Shown here: positions 25,701 through 40,700 of the stretch, one piece after another
Layout: every line of letters begins with the position of its first letter
Position numbering within the stretch: position 1 is the stretch's first letter
Assembly: GCA_030141605.1 (NCBI GenBank)
Contig: JAQGDQ010000333.1
Span: forward strand, 186,001 to 250,000
Source: Tubiluchus corallicola
Lineage: Eukaryota; Animalia; Priapulida
DNA length: 64,000 nt
Direction: 5' to 3'
The notes under the pieces: generated by a model
What the model was told of the DNA's origin: nothing
Database searches by the model: none
What the model saw: the letters and a program-made list of their open reading frames with translations, nothing else
Made by a program: the position numbers and the translations under genes

Positions 25701-28700
25701 TTTGTCCTTTGTTTAAAGATTTTTGGTGTATCGTAACCTTTGCATAAAATGCATGTCAAACTGACTGACCAAGGTCAAAAATTGTGGACCATCTGGGGTC
25801 ACCAACAGGGTATCTAAAGGAAATGTCACAATCATTTGTGTAATAATTATAGGGTACGATAAGCTTATAAACTCAAAACTAGAATCATAATTTTAAGGAT
25901 CTACTGTGGGCCTGATTTAGGAAGATGCTAAATGCAAAATTAATAGAAAGACAACAAACAGCATAGCAGGAAGTAACAATCCAGAGCATTATAATTAGTG
26001 GCCAATGTGAGGGCACTATCAGAGTTTTCTGACTCTAAGGCCTAAGGCATTTGTATACTAGTAGGATGTCATGGCAATGTGATAACATATTACCCCAATA
26101 AGCCAGTGTGCCTTTGTGCTTGAGCAATCATTCGACCACATGTCATACAAGTTTGTTGTGGCGATTGCAAATTTTTCTTCAAGGGACCTACATCGTTATT
26201 GACGGTCTGGTTCTGTTGTTTTATACTTTTTGGTAACATGGTTTCTGTAATGTCTGATGTCATTTAAATGCTTTGCTGGCTGGGGCTGTTTTAATTGTAT
26301 ATGATTTTTAACTAGAAAATGACCAAGCTTATTCATAGGCACTTGTGATTACAAAAGCATTTAAAATGTACAGTGACTAATATAGTAGGCACTGCTTAAT
26401 AGACCCACTTTGGGACCGAAGTGTTTTGACCCAATTAACTGACGCGTAGTATTACTGGTATAGAAGTATTAATTAGTAATTAGTAATAAATTAAAAAGTA
26501 TACTTTTCTAAATCACACAAGTCTGTTTATTTGAAATTTCAAAAATTCCTTCAAAGTCGGCTGCTTCATTTCATCGCGAAGAAGTCGGTTCACAAAGTTC
26601 TCATAATGATAAAAATGTTGAAAATCTGTTGTTCTATGATGCAAAAATTCTGGTAAAATACTCAATGCTGGCGTGTTTAAACTGTGGTGCCTGTTTTTCT
26701 CCACAAGTAGCTTTGTCTGTAGTTTCGCTTAAGCTCCTGCTTGCTATAATTGTGACATAGTTACTGTCATACTTACTGACATACCACCTTTTGTGGTTAG
26801 TGCAAGTTGAACTAGATTCTCTAGAGAAATTTGCTAAGTGTAGTGCTACCTTTTATTTAGATTAGAAGAACAGCTGGCCTAGACAGCAAATATCTGCTGC
26901 ATTAATCAGCCAATTATTATTATTATTATTATTGTTAAACTTTTATTCGTATAAAATTTTATGCAGCAGTGATTTTAGTATAGATGATTAATACAATAAA
27001 ATAATAATTATTACATAATTTTTGTTAGCAATTAAAAAAGATGATGAAGTCCATACATCATACTTGCTACACCTGTCCTTGCTTACACTTTCATAAAATA
27101 TTTTTCTAACTTTTTGTTTTATTTTAAAATTAAGGCACTGCCATACTTTATCCTTAACTCAACATCTGAGTCATTCATAAAATACATTTTTGGTATAACA
27201 GTGATTTAGTATTTTGAATTATTCTCAAAAAGCCCAATGTGCGACTGTCAACCAAAAAGTTTGATGACATGGTACCACAATATAGCATAAGTAGTTTTAA
27301 ATATTCATTTCACTTAAGGTCAAATGTTTTTCTATATGCACAGTTCCAACTTACTCTAATTATATTCTGCTTCTACAGAGTAAATGATACCAATTTCACA
27401 CCCATACAACAAAATGGGAAGACAATTAGAACATATTAGTGTTTTTGCCACTGTTGTGTTGACTTGGGTCCCATTGCCAATTGTGTCTAGCCACTGCCTT
27501 TAATCTAATCTAAATATTTAATTTAAATATAAATGTTTAGTGAAAAAGCTACAATTAAAATGCAAGAAAAACATGACGTTTAAAACTACTGCTGTGGTTT
27601 ACCTTCAGGTGAAAGAAAGAAAAAAGAAAACATCATATAGAATTAGTGTAGTAAATGATGGTTTCAAATGTAATGTTTTAATTGTGGGATCTTTCATTAA
27701 TTCACACTGTTTTTGTCACTAGGAATTAAATTTGTGTAATTGTTTAGTATTAGGGATGCACTGGATCCAGTTTTGCCTGTTATGGATCGAATCCGGATCT
27801 GTATGTGCCGGATCCAGTTCCTGATCTACAAATTAATGTAAATGATATTTCGTTTGTTTAGCATTTTGTTCATGTAGTGGCAGTCCATGGCATTACCTGT
27901 TCATTTTCATGGTCATGAAGTAATTTTAAGTGGAAAACCTGCAAACGTTTCTCTAAAGTTGATGTACTCATTTGTACTATCATTTTTAACGCTGATTTGC
28001 GTTTCTATTCTTTGTTACTGAACTCTTTCAGTAAAATACTACTGCATACGTTTTGTAGTGCTATCTTTGTGTGCGGTTTGCTGCAAGGAAGCGTGAAGAC
28101 TGCTAGTATCGCTTGCGCTACAAACATGGAGGCATAAAAACTAAGCTATACTTTCGTAAATTTCTAATAGAAGTCTTTAAATTCTTAACAAATTCTTTAA
28201 AAACTTAAAACTGTAACTGTTATGTATATTTTTCTTTTATCTGCACTAATTTGTTCACTTTCAGCGTGCAATAGGTAGTTTTACACCTAGAAAAATAGAA
28301 ATTCCAATGGCGCAAAGTCTGATGAACATTTTTGCTTGATACGGATCCATTAAAATTAAGGATTCTTGGGATCTAGAACCGGATCTTCTACATCCCTGTT
28401 TAGTAGTATAGTTTAAGACATGTAATGTACTTGCTAAATTTCTGTATGTTACTGAAAACAAAAAAGATGTGCAAAATGAAGAGTGGGTGAGACTTTGCGT
28501 GATGTACTAATATTTCCTGCATTTTCGTATAATGATACTGATGCTGATCTATTACAGGAAGCATACACACCTGTGTACATTCTTTACATATGGGACATAG
28601 AGTCGGATTCCATGCATTACTTTAATTTTAGTTCTGGCCGGGGTGACCAAGATGATTTTAGTGAGACCAGTAGTTCAGACGATTTCACCAATACTGAAAG

Positions 28701-31700
28701 GTAAGCAATTTTTTTAGTTTTTTAGTTGCTGCAATGTTAAAAACAGATCTTAATAATTAATTTAAGGTTGTGGAAGAATGCATGCAACCAGCTAGTGGGT
28801 TCGGGGGAGTGCTGTAAACTCCTCTATTGGGGTCCGGTGCATTTTCCTGCATTTTAAGGGTATTTTGGAGGCCTGAAATAAGATGTAAATTCTGGAACGT
28901 GCACTTCCTCAAATGTGAAAAATGTACTTGTTGTAAGTCAAATTTTAGGCAAATTTATTTGTAACTTTTGTAGCTAACGTAGAAAATTGGTTGTAGCTGT
29001 TTTTGATTCAGCACCTATACGGGTGGATCATGAACCAACAAATTGTAGGCCTCAATCCGTTTCTGTTGTCCAGCCAGGGCTTACCTAAAATACTTGAGAA
29101 ACTATTGTACAACAGAGTTTTTGCCTACTTGAAAATCATTAATTTACCAAAACAACAATTCAGGGTACAGATAAAACTCTATTACTGCGGTATTATTTTT
29201 TTTACAGAAAACTAGAAGTAAGCAGAGATAAATAACTGTTGGCCAATAGTAGCTGAAAAGTTGGTCAGCCTTACCTAAAATACTTGAGAAACTATTGTAC
29301 AACAGAGTTTTTGCCTACTTGAAAATCATTAATTTACCAAAACAACAACTCAGGGTACAGATAAAACTCTATTACTGCGGTATTATTTTTTTTACAGAAA
29401 ACTAGAAGTAAGCAGAGATAAATAACTGTTGGCCAATAGTAGCTGAAAAGTTGGTCAGCCTTACATAAATCCTGGTACAGCTCATTCATTCAAACGAATA
29501 ACAATTCTGCAGCACTTGGCAATTACAACAAAAAATAATGACATAATAGTTTCTTTACATTTGAGACAGATAAGCGATCTCTAAATTAAGTTCACTTATT
29601 TATTGATGGTAGTCTACACACGGTGAAAGAAACCATTCAGAGAGAACAGACCCGATAACAATAATTAACGCAATTAATTATAAACTGATTTACTGAGCAC
29701 CAGCATTAAAATACATACAATTTTTATTCGCTATATGCCTAGAAAAGTTTTATAAATGTTAAACTATTTACTTATTATTAAATTGTCTCACTGAATATTT
29801 TTAATTCTGCACCCAGCAATTTGTTGACAAAAATTCATTGAATTAGCCACAAAAAGCCAAAAATTGACTAATTTGTAATGTTGAAATGCAAAGTAATACA
29901 ACCAAACTCTAAACCTGGAAACGAAAATTTAGGAAACTTTTATAGCTTTTTGTTCTAATGTGCAAATTTGTTACCCAACAAAAAAGAGTGCCGTAAACCT
30001 TTCAATCAAAATTTTACTCATGATTCATAACATATCTCAAATTTGGTTGAGTACAAATGTATTAAAACCCAAGTGTCTTTTGTTAAATTGTCAGAGCTTG
30101 CCATAGTGCTGATTAAGTTGGAATCATAAACTGGGTGAAAGTTCCAAAATTTAGTGACTTTATAAGTCAAAAGCCTTGCCTGAATCACAGAATAGGGTCT
30201 TTAATCTGCTGTTTTGCAAAAGGGGGCACCTCCGTTGTACCCGCTGTGGTCCCAGACAATTTTTTTCGTATTGTCTAATACCATCGATGGGCGATTCTAT
30301 GTCTTGCAAAGGGAAAGAAGTTCTATCTCACTGAAATTGCACTGTTCTCTATGTTTGCTAGAGTAGCAATTGGGGGCAAAGCGGAAAAAGGGAGGTTATC
30401 ACTAAAATCTCAATTAAAATCTCAACTAAATCAGGAGAGTTGCAATGTCTGGTATTTATTGTAACCGACACAGATCTAGGCTACAATTAGGTAGTGTAAT
30501 TCAATTTCAGTGATGCAGTCCATCGCTTGTACCAAAGCCATACATTATTTTAAAATCGACCCTTACATCCTAGCTAATCAAAAATAAGGTAATTTAATTA
30601 AGTTAATGTAAAAGAAATGCTTACCACACATGCACTTCTCGCACACCGAATTCCAACTACTGCATTAACACTACACTAAAATCCTATTATCTGATAAGTT
30701 TACTACAGCAATAAAAATACTAGTGCAGGGAAATTAAAATTAACAGATATAGAAAGTATAAATACTACAGTAGTAAAACATGTAGAAGTAACATTCAGTT
30801 ATTATCTAACACTCTGCAAAGCTACAGAACTCTGTCAACTACAACTATGTATTAAACAATGGCTCAAACAAACCATGTTATGCATTCATGTGTGGGTCAG
30901 CAATAAGTTGAATGAATGGCAACATTTCTCTTGCGGATGCGCTTGGGATAAAAACAGTTCTGTCATTATTTGTGATTGTAAGTTTCAATTAAGTCACGTC
31001 TTCAAGTGCCCTGTCTAAATTGTAATTTTAATGTTGAAAAATACCGTGAATGCAGTGTAATGGTTTCGCAAAACCTATAGCATACCGACGTTATAATACA
31101 ATACTAGTGTAAAGTGTTAATAAATATTAGCAGTAATAGTTAATTATTAGAAATATTTACAAGTGCTTTTTACATCATAATTATTTTTTGGAAATTAAAA
31201 GGCATGCAGTGCATGCGTTGCATGCATGGATTGTATGCCACTGGAGGCAAGTAAACCTGCTTTAGAAAACACTGGGTTGCTCATTTAGATTTAAGAACAT
31301 TGAGTTAATTAGTTAAAATCTTCAAAAATGCTTTAATCTGAAACAGTGATGAATAAACGACAGACTAAGTTTTTCACTGGCGAATGAAGAAGGATTTTGT
31401 GTTTCTTTCGTTTCATGTTCTAAGTCTATGACAGTTACGGTAAAATCACTACTTCACTTTTGTGTTAATTTTCAGTGAATTTTTCAATGAGAAGTGTTTA
31501 CTTTAATTCTGGAGCCTTCTCTTACCTTCTTTGTAAAAAAAATAGTTTATTTAATTAACGTTTTTACAATTTCAGGGCAAACTGTGAAGCAGCTAAGGCA
31601 GTTGCAGGTCGTTATCCAGTCTCACACTATTGGGATGCACTAGAACCCAAACTATTGGTTTGCGAGGCAAGATTGTTACCATTAGAAACCCAACCTGCTC

Positions 31701-34700
31701 GACAATTTTCAAAATTATCTCTTGGGCAGGACTCTAAGAAGATGAAAGTTCTTCCCCAGGTATGCTAAAAGTTATGTAAGCTTGAAATAATACCTTATTT
31801 GCCTTAGCTTATTTGCTCTATAATTTTGCATTTAAAAAGTTATGTAAGCCTTTGGATCCATATGATTTTTTAGGTCAAATTCTTACTGCTGTAGTTGATG
31901 TACCAATGTCATGTGTAAAATGACAACAATCGAACTACTTTTTGCAGGTGGAATCTATGGTTATCTCATTATTTGCAACTCCTGAGAATGGTATTATCCT
32001 CCAAGATAGTTTTCCTTTAAGCGAGTCATTCAGTTCATTATTAGGAGTTGACGTCCCTCATTATTATTTTGTTCGCAAGGTATTTTTTCCGAGTATACAT
32101 TATTATTTGTTTTAATTAAATTTTTTAGTTGAAGGTGAAATTTGAAAAACATGAAAAGTGAATGGATTGGTAGCCAGCTGTTGCATCACTGTACTGATTC
32201 CAGCTTTTGTTAATTTCAAGAGTTTTTGTGTAGTAAAACATTGTGAACATATTTCGAACATGTAAAACACATTTTACATCCAAGAGGTTTGTGTACTGTA
32301 GCTGTCAACTTGTTTGGGTTGGATGCTTGAATCGTATAGATACAGTAAGTCCTCGCTTAATGACTTCCCGTTTAGCAATGCTTCGTTTTTACTACGCTGA
32401 TCATTTGACATCTTTTTTCACTTAACGATGCATGTTTCACTTTAACGACGATTCTTTTTACTTTGCTCAAGTCAAATTTTTATTTTATTAACGACATTTT
32501 TACCCAAGTTGATGCATTAAAACAGTACATATTGCATTATTCTGTTCTAAAAACGCACTTGTAATGTAAACAGCACAATTATTATATATGTTTTTGCTTC
32601 CCAACTAACTACTGACCGCTACTACTACCAGCGGTTTGTCTCTATTGTCAAGTTACCAGCGAGCAAACTTTATGCAAGGCCTTTGCCTGCTATCTGTTGC
32701 TATCGTAATCAGAGGCTAAGTACATAAGTAGATAAAATTCCCAAATCGCCCCAGGGCTTGGCATTGGCTCTGCAGTACTTATTGTGTAACCACTACTTTA
32801 GGTTAAAACCTTAACGAAGGAGAAACCGCTATAGCTACGTATAGTTAAGTAAAATATATAGGTGGTGTCGGGCAAGCAAAAAGACATTAATCAGTAGAAA
32901 TGTGAGTAAAACTCCTAGAACGTTTAACTTATATGATTTAAGCTGTATTGACTTTTGTCTCTGGAACGTATCTGAATTCTTTTATCTTACTTTCTATGGA
33001 AAACCTAGGCTCGTTTAATGATGTTTAGTTTAACGTCATGTTTTGCTGGAAAGCATTAGCATCATTAAGCGAGGACTTGTTGCATATTCATTGTTGAGTG
33101 TGTATCACTTGGATTGTCTCGACGGTTTTGAAAATTAGTTGTTTTCCTTTTATTATCTTTAAAGTGTTTTATAACTGAAAATGTAAAGGAAGAAAAAATT
33201 GCATAGTTTTGTTTCCTACAGATTTCTCTAAGCTTACATCACCTTAAATCTATTCAAATCTCAATATTGTGATTGCATTAAAGCAGAACAGCAAATGTTT
33301 TTAGGCAGATAGCATTAAAGAAGAATTTAGCTCAGATATGACACACGAAATGTCAACTAGTGAATTAATGGTCTCTGGTGGCACCACTGGGCAGATGATG
33401 ACACACTTGGCAGTCAGGAAAGTTATGCGGGATTTCGTCGGCCTTGAGAATGGGGATGAAGCATCACGGACAGCTATGATAAACTTTAGCTATTACTTAG
33501 CAATAGGAAATATGGATGAAGCATACAAAGCCATCAAGCTTATTAAAAGGTACAGTGGCACATTAGTTATTCACTTTTTCTGCTGGCCACTCAGCTGCAA
33601 AGTTAGGAAGCGGAAATACATATCTCATTTAATTATCTAGTTTCTTAGAATTTTTTCATTTGATTTTTATTTATAAATCATTGCTTTCTTAACAAACAAT
33701 TGCCTCTACACATTCTGAACAAGGCAAAGAAGGAAGATACGTCAGAGTTCTGGTATTGTGGTTTTATAACAGTTATTTTGCAGTGAGCCAAGAATTTCAT
33801 TTCTGCCTGTTGCTTTTCAAGCTTGGTTGTATCTTTATTTCTACTGAACATTGAGTTCGTTGATCATATAGACAACATTGTTGTTAATTTTACATGTTTT
33901 TGTCGATTTAATTATGATGGGTATCTTAACTTATATTTTAATGTTAAAGGAGAGTGTTCATTTTTACCATTCATAATATAAGCTAATTTTATGTCAGCTG
34001 ACAGAGATAGTTTGTTTTTTAGTGAATCTGTTTGGGAAAACATGTGTCGCATGTGTGTGAAGTCGCGTCGCATAGATGTCGCCACTGTGTGTCTAGGCAA
34101 CATGGGACATGCTCGGGGTGCCAAAGCATTGCGGGAAGCCATGCAGGAGCCTGAGCTGGACGCTGCTGTTGCTATGCTTGCTATACAGTTAAACATGCTT
34201 GTGAGTTGAATTGTAAAATTATTTTTGATACCAGGTCAAAGCCACTACCTATGCTAAATACCGTTATTTAATTTAGTATCAAAGTTTAGAATTGAATTCC
34301 AAAATCTGACAACATCAATTAAATTAATAGAGGTAGCAGAGTGTTGCTGTTTGTCGTATTCAGTGCTATGGAAGATGCCCAATAAATTTGAGTTTAAAGT
34401 TGCTTAATTTAGAAACTTGGTTTTTATGAAATTTACTTCTTACAACTACTTGGTCATGCTAGCACTTTTCTAATTGAATTGTTTGCTTCATGAACAGTTG
34501 GACATCATTATTACTATTAATGGTGCTTGCATCTTTTTTGACTTAGACACTTAAAAAATAAACTGAACATTTGGCAACCATTAACCATTTTATTTAATTT
34601 TTACCAAAAACTGATCTACTTACAGTGCTGTATTATTTGCAGCAATAAAGAATCTATCTGGCTTAACTAGTTATTTTGACACATTAAAGCTGTGGTAATT

Positions 34701-37700
34701 GGGAATTGTGCTTCTCAGTATTGAAAAACCATTTTCTTTATTTCCAATTGCATGTATAGTTTATTATGCGATTTTCAAGTTATCTGCATTTCTTTATTAG
34801 GATGATGCTGAACAGTTATATAAAAATTGTTATCGCTACGACTTACTCAACAAATTTTATCAGTCAAGAGGAATGTGGGATAAGGTATATTATAATAATG
34901 TTCAATTGTTTTTTAAAAATTCAGATATTCAGGTATGTAAAATTTGTGATTGGTGTGATAGTGTTAGTTATATGAGATGCAAAATTTTTCACTGAAAATT
35001 ACATTAATACTTGATTTTTATACATTATTATACACTATTAATTTTTTTCAACATTTGTTTGATTAATCGGATGATTGGTAGGTTCGTTTTTTTTATAATT
35101 GGATAACTAATTACTGGATGTGTAACTGATTGGCTAACTTAATTGATTGGGTAACAGGCAGGCTATCGACGTATCTGCTCATATGCTTATCTGTGTGGCA
35201 GAATGATTAAAAGTTGGTGCTGGTTGAACATTTAATCTAAAACGTTATATTGTGCTGTTAGTCAGTATTTACGTATATCTGTCCATTTTAATTAGGCATT
35301 AGAAACTGCAGATCTGTATGATAGATTGCATCTGCGCTCAACTTATTATAATTATGGTAAATATCTGGAAACGAAAGGAGATTTTTCCACAGCTATAGTA
35401 CAGTAAGTTTGACATCAATTTTTTTTAATTACATGTATAAAGTTTTTTGCATAATCTCTGTAATAAGTCATATAATTTCCAAGTTTTCTGGTTGTATAAT
35501 TGAATCAAAAGTCATAATGTGGTCGCTCTATTGCATACCTGCTACTCACAGTTTAAACATGATTTTATGCTTGTCACCATCATTGATTTTTATAAGCTTA
35601 CCCTATATACTGGTTAAGCCCAACTGTTTTTTTGTGCATATTATATATGAAACAGATTTTTGCATTTACTTATCATTGGAATTGTTTATTATGTAGTAAA
35701 GCATTTTTTGAAATTGTGACATTCATGGACAGTATTTAATCTTTGGTAATATTTTCGTTGGAAAACAAAGTATAAAGTCATGCTAATCCTAATGTACAAG
35801 ATTTTGGAAATTAAGAACCCATTATAGTAAACTCAAAAAGTGCCTGCACTAAAATCTATCAAAAACGTGTTAAAACGTGAAATCGCTTTTTGCTGAATGA
35901 AGATAAAAATTTCATTGCTGTTACAGTAAGTCCTCGCTTAACAACTCCCCATTTAGCGACATTTTGTTTTAGTGACCCTGAACATTTGACACCTTTTTTT
36001 TACTTAACTACACTGTTTCGTTTCAATGGCATTTTTTTGCTTTGCACAAAGCCAATTTTTATTTTATCAATAACTTTTGTAATGCCTTAAAACAGTACAT
36101 ATTGCATTATTCTGTTCTAAAAATGAACTAGTAACGTAAACACTGCAATTATTATATAAGTACATACGTTTTTGCTTCCCGACTGACCACTAAAATTATG
36201 CTAGCCATTTGTATCAAGGGAGACCTTTAAGCAAACTTTATGTGAAGGAATTTTGCCTGCAACCTGTTGTTATAGCAACCAGACTAGTGCATACTAACTT
36301 TCTTGATAAAATTCCCAACATCAGCACAGGCCCCAGGCTTTGACTCTGCTGGTGTGTTTATTGTTTAATTTGCAGTCTAGACTTGATCAGTTAAACGTCA
36401 ACTAAAGAGAAACCGCTACAGTTAGATAAGTAAGATATATAGGTGGTGTTAAGCTAGCAGAAAAATATTAATTAGTAGAAACATGAGTAAAACTCATAAA
36501 ATGTTTAATTTATATTATTTAAGCAGTATTGATTTTTACCTCTGGAATGTATCCCAATTCTTTTACATTACTTTCTATCGAAGTCTTTGCTTCGTTTAAT
36601 GACGTTTCACTTACGTCGCATTTTGCTGGAATGCATTAGCGTAGTTAAGTGAGGAACTGTAATTAACTTTGAGGAAATACATGGATGTTAAAAAACAAAG
36701 TATAGGTACATGTGAACGGATTTTTAAAAGTGCAAGAAAAGTTATTCATAAAAGTAGCCACATAGTCACATATAACACAGTAGGCCTAATGAGCCTTTTT
36801 CTTTTCTTTTATTTACATTTTCTGTTACTTACTACAAGAAGTAAAACGTGTTTATTTTTGTGCAGTACTATTTGAATAATAATTAAACATATTGTTTACC
36901 TACTCTTTGTATGGCTGCACTTTTCAGGTAAACTTTTAATTTCATTTTGTTTTTTAATTGTTTATTAGGTATGAGCGCTCTGGTACAAATAAATTCGAAG
37001 TTCCTCGGATGCTAGTGGATGAAAATCCAGCTGAACTGGAAAAATATATTGCACAGTCAAATGATCCGTAAGTTCACATCCGTCCCTACTGTTTGTTTTG
37101 TTTTCTCAGTGACGCTTTACTTTTATGTAGGTGTTATGTTTCATATAGACTGTCATAACGATATTCGTGATTAGTAATTTCTATTGTAGGATGTTCTGTT
37201 ATGAAAAAAGATCAATAGAACTGATAACTGGAAGATTGTCATTGTATTGTCAATAGCTATAGCTTTCACACATTTTTAATGTAACAGTGAAGAACTTTCG
37301 TCACATTTTCAGTGTCAGGGGTGCCACACTAATTTTGTAAGCTTTTTGTACCTTTTTTGTAAGCACAGGCAGCAAGCACAATATGCTACAAATCAGTTTC
37401 TCAGCTTGGCACCACTAGTAGCAGCTGTGATGACCCTCAACTTCACCTCCTTGAGAACTTGAACAAAGAGTGAATTTTAACTGAAATTGCAAGTTTTAGC
37501 AAACACTTTGCATCTCATGCTTGATGTCATCATATACAGTGCACACAATACGCTTATTCCCTCAAAGTTCCAGCCCTCTAAGTTTTCCTAATTCTGAGTA
37601 ATTTAGCATCACAAAAAAAACACCTGGTAAAGGATATGGCATAATTCAGCATTCATAAACACCGATGTTATTTTATGATTTAGTAGTTACAGAACCCATC

Positions 37701-40700
37701 AGTTCATTATAAAATACAAGTGATTATAACTGATTGGCTCAGTGCAATGTAACTATTCGCATAATGACAGTTATGGCAATTTATATGCTCACTGAACGTT
37801 GATATATCAGTGCTAACAAGGTGCTGCTGAAGAGCTTTGTCATGTACCTAAATATTGTGTTCATAGTGGTATAGTTGTAAAAACTGATCAAACTACATTG
37901 GATGTAGTTGCATATTTGTATATGTGGGTGTTTGAAGCACAAAGGCTTCAGACAGTTTATAGCTTTTTATCAAATGGAGCTGCTGAATTTTACTGCCTCT
38001 CAGTTACACCTGTGTCTGCTAAGCACTTGGAGTAAAAGGCAGATTTCTGTGTTAGTGACGTAGCATTAGACTCAAATCAGCATATCTGGACAGAAGCAGC
38101 TGACCATGCATGAGGAAGAATTCACTGAGCAAACTGAGTGATAAGTGTTTAAGTTAGTTTGCTTAGTGTTATTTGTTTTACTTAAATCTTTAATATTGGC
38201 TGAACATAAATCATTTCTGACATTAAAATGATTACTAAATGTGCGTCATGATTTATGTACCACTTTGCCTGGCTCCTATTTCTGATACTTCGAATAAGCA
38301 TACTGGATGATTTCTTCCTGCATTACATGCAAGAAATTTACTTTAAAAGGAAATAAAAATTCATACAAAAACTATAGAATAGAATAAAAAAAATACCCAT
38401 TTTTCAACAACAAATACGACCAATACAACAATACATTAATAATAATAATTTGTGAAAGATGTAAAGAGGAAGAAAGAGCAAGTGCTTTCTTGTCTTTCTC
38501 CCACAGAAGAATCCCGCACACATCTAGAATACGCTTACTAAATAGATTATGAATAAAGCTTAAATGGAATTTGTTTACTTTGTTTTTTAAATTCTTCAGG
38601 AATGTTAATTGTTCAACCAAAGTTTTATACATTATATTTAATTTTTTTATGTTTGAAATTTGTTTGAAGATATAGTCCAGTGCTGTGGTATAAAATTTTT
38701 AGTAGATGCAAATCTAGTGCAGTGATCATGAGTATGCAGAACTGGAGTAAAATATTTAGAAAATGATCAAGGTAATAATTTGTAATGAAATTTGCAAATA
38801 AATATAAGCGAGTGCAAATCATACCTTTTTTTAATTTTAAAAGTGCAAGCTTCCTTATATATTACATTTGTTTTGTGGTTGTAAGGAACTGAATGGAACT
38901 AAAATTTGTTTTGTAATTTAGATTTGTAAGCACCATCCCACGACATAATACCGTAAATTAAGGATGGATCCGATAGACTAAATTGTAATAAATTTTCGTA
39001 AATGTTTGTAGATTAGTGATTTTCCGAAGCTTATATATAATGCTTACAATTTTAATTAGTTTGTGTTTAATATTATGTATATGAAATTTCCAGTTGAAAT
39101 GTTCTTCAAAGAAAATACCCAAACACTTGACCGTCTTGTTCCTTTCAAATTGGACATCTTTAAATATAATTTCAAAATTGTCATTATTTTATTTATTACT
39201 TTTTAATCGAAAAAGAATATAATTTGATTTCTTAATATTAGGAGGCAATTTTTTGACATATTCAAATTCTCGATTCATTGTAAACTTTAAATTTATTAAA
39301 TTAGTGTCGACAAAGAAAATATTTGTGTGTCATCTGCAAGGAAACAAAGAAATGGGTAAATTGCATTATGCATTTCATGTATCGCCAAAACATCTTTTGA
39401 GCAAGAAAAATTATTGTATCTTCACATGCAGTTCAAAAACTCACCTTAATTTTTTCTATAATCATATAGATCATATAAATAAACAAGTTACTTAATGACA
39501 TGTAAAATGACTGTTTGCAGAGCCCACATTTCCAGCAGTGCAAAACTTGAAAAGGCAATCCTTACTTACCTACTAGAGCAGACCTAGTCATTTGTTAATA
39601 GTTTGTTGTCTACTTGTAGTTTGTACGAGATAAGTAAATGCTAATAATGCAAAGGTACCGGTTTAATAAAAAAAATTACAAGATTTCCTTAGAAAGCTTC
39701 ATAGAAATTAATTTTCTACATTAACAGATGTATCTTGAAGCCACAAACTTGCCTGTCTGAATTAAATTTTTTTCCCATTTTGGCACATTTTAGCTTTCTT
39801 ACTTTTTTATTGTTTCTCGGGGTTTTCCATCTTCTGCAACTAAAAAAGGAATAGGGTTTCTTTTCTGAATGCTTCATTGTCGACGTTCTCGGCTGCTATC
39901 TCCTTTGATTAACTATACTTTTCAGTTTTTTTAACTGCATGACATGCATTTCCAGTTTTAGAATGTTGTTGTAAATCTACCATTACACTTAGTGCAACAT
40001 TTTACTTGCGGAAAATAACGAAGTGACATGTCATTTGATTTTTGGTCCAAGTTCCTGCAAAAAAATTTGAGTGAGACAAGCATGGTGGTGGTGGTATTCT
40101 TCGGAACTTTCACTTCTTATTTTTAAAATTTCATGTATGAGCTGATGAAAGTGTAGGCAACACAGCAACTGTTGTCGTCTGTTTTTCCAGATTTTTAGAC
40201 GCTGTGTCATGTAGTGGTCCTCCATGTTGCATGTTACTGCTTGATCTCACATCATTGATAGCGTTACTGTTATCTCGACACAGTAGTTTTCTAAAGCAAG
40301 TGCGAAATTCTTGATTTTGCAACACGTAAATTATTGGATTCACCAAACTGTTGGCTGTAAGTGCTAGTGTTCTGATGTTATTCAGAGTTTGGTATTCATT
40401 CCGTGTCAACCCAACCAGTATCATGTGTAAAATGTGTGGACATATTAGTGCCATGGATGTGCTTATTATAATTGCTGTCATCCACGTTGCTTTTAACTGA
40501 GCAATAGAAAGCACCCGAACATTGGCATTGTTTCGTCTTTTTACTGCATGATTTCGAGCTGTCTGAATTACCTTTGTGTAGGTGAACATCATATAGCTTA
40601 GTGCTATTGGATAATGGGCGGCTAGACAAAGGATAAACCATGGCCACACAACATAATCAACAATACATTGATTTTCATTAGACCAACTAAAGAAAATTTG

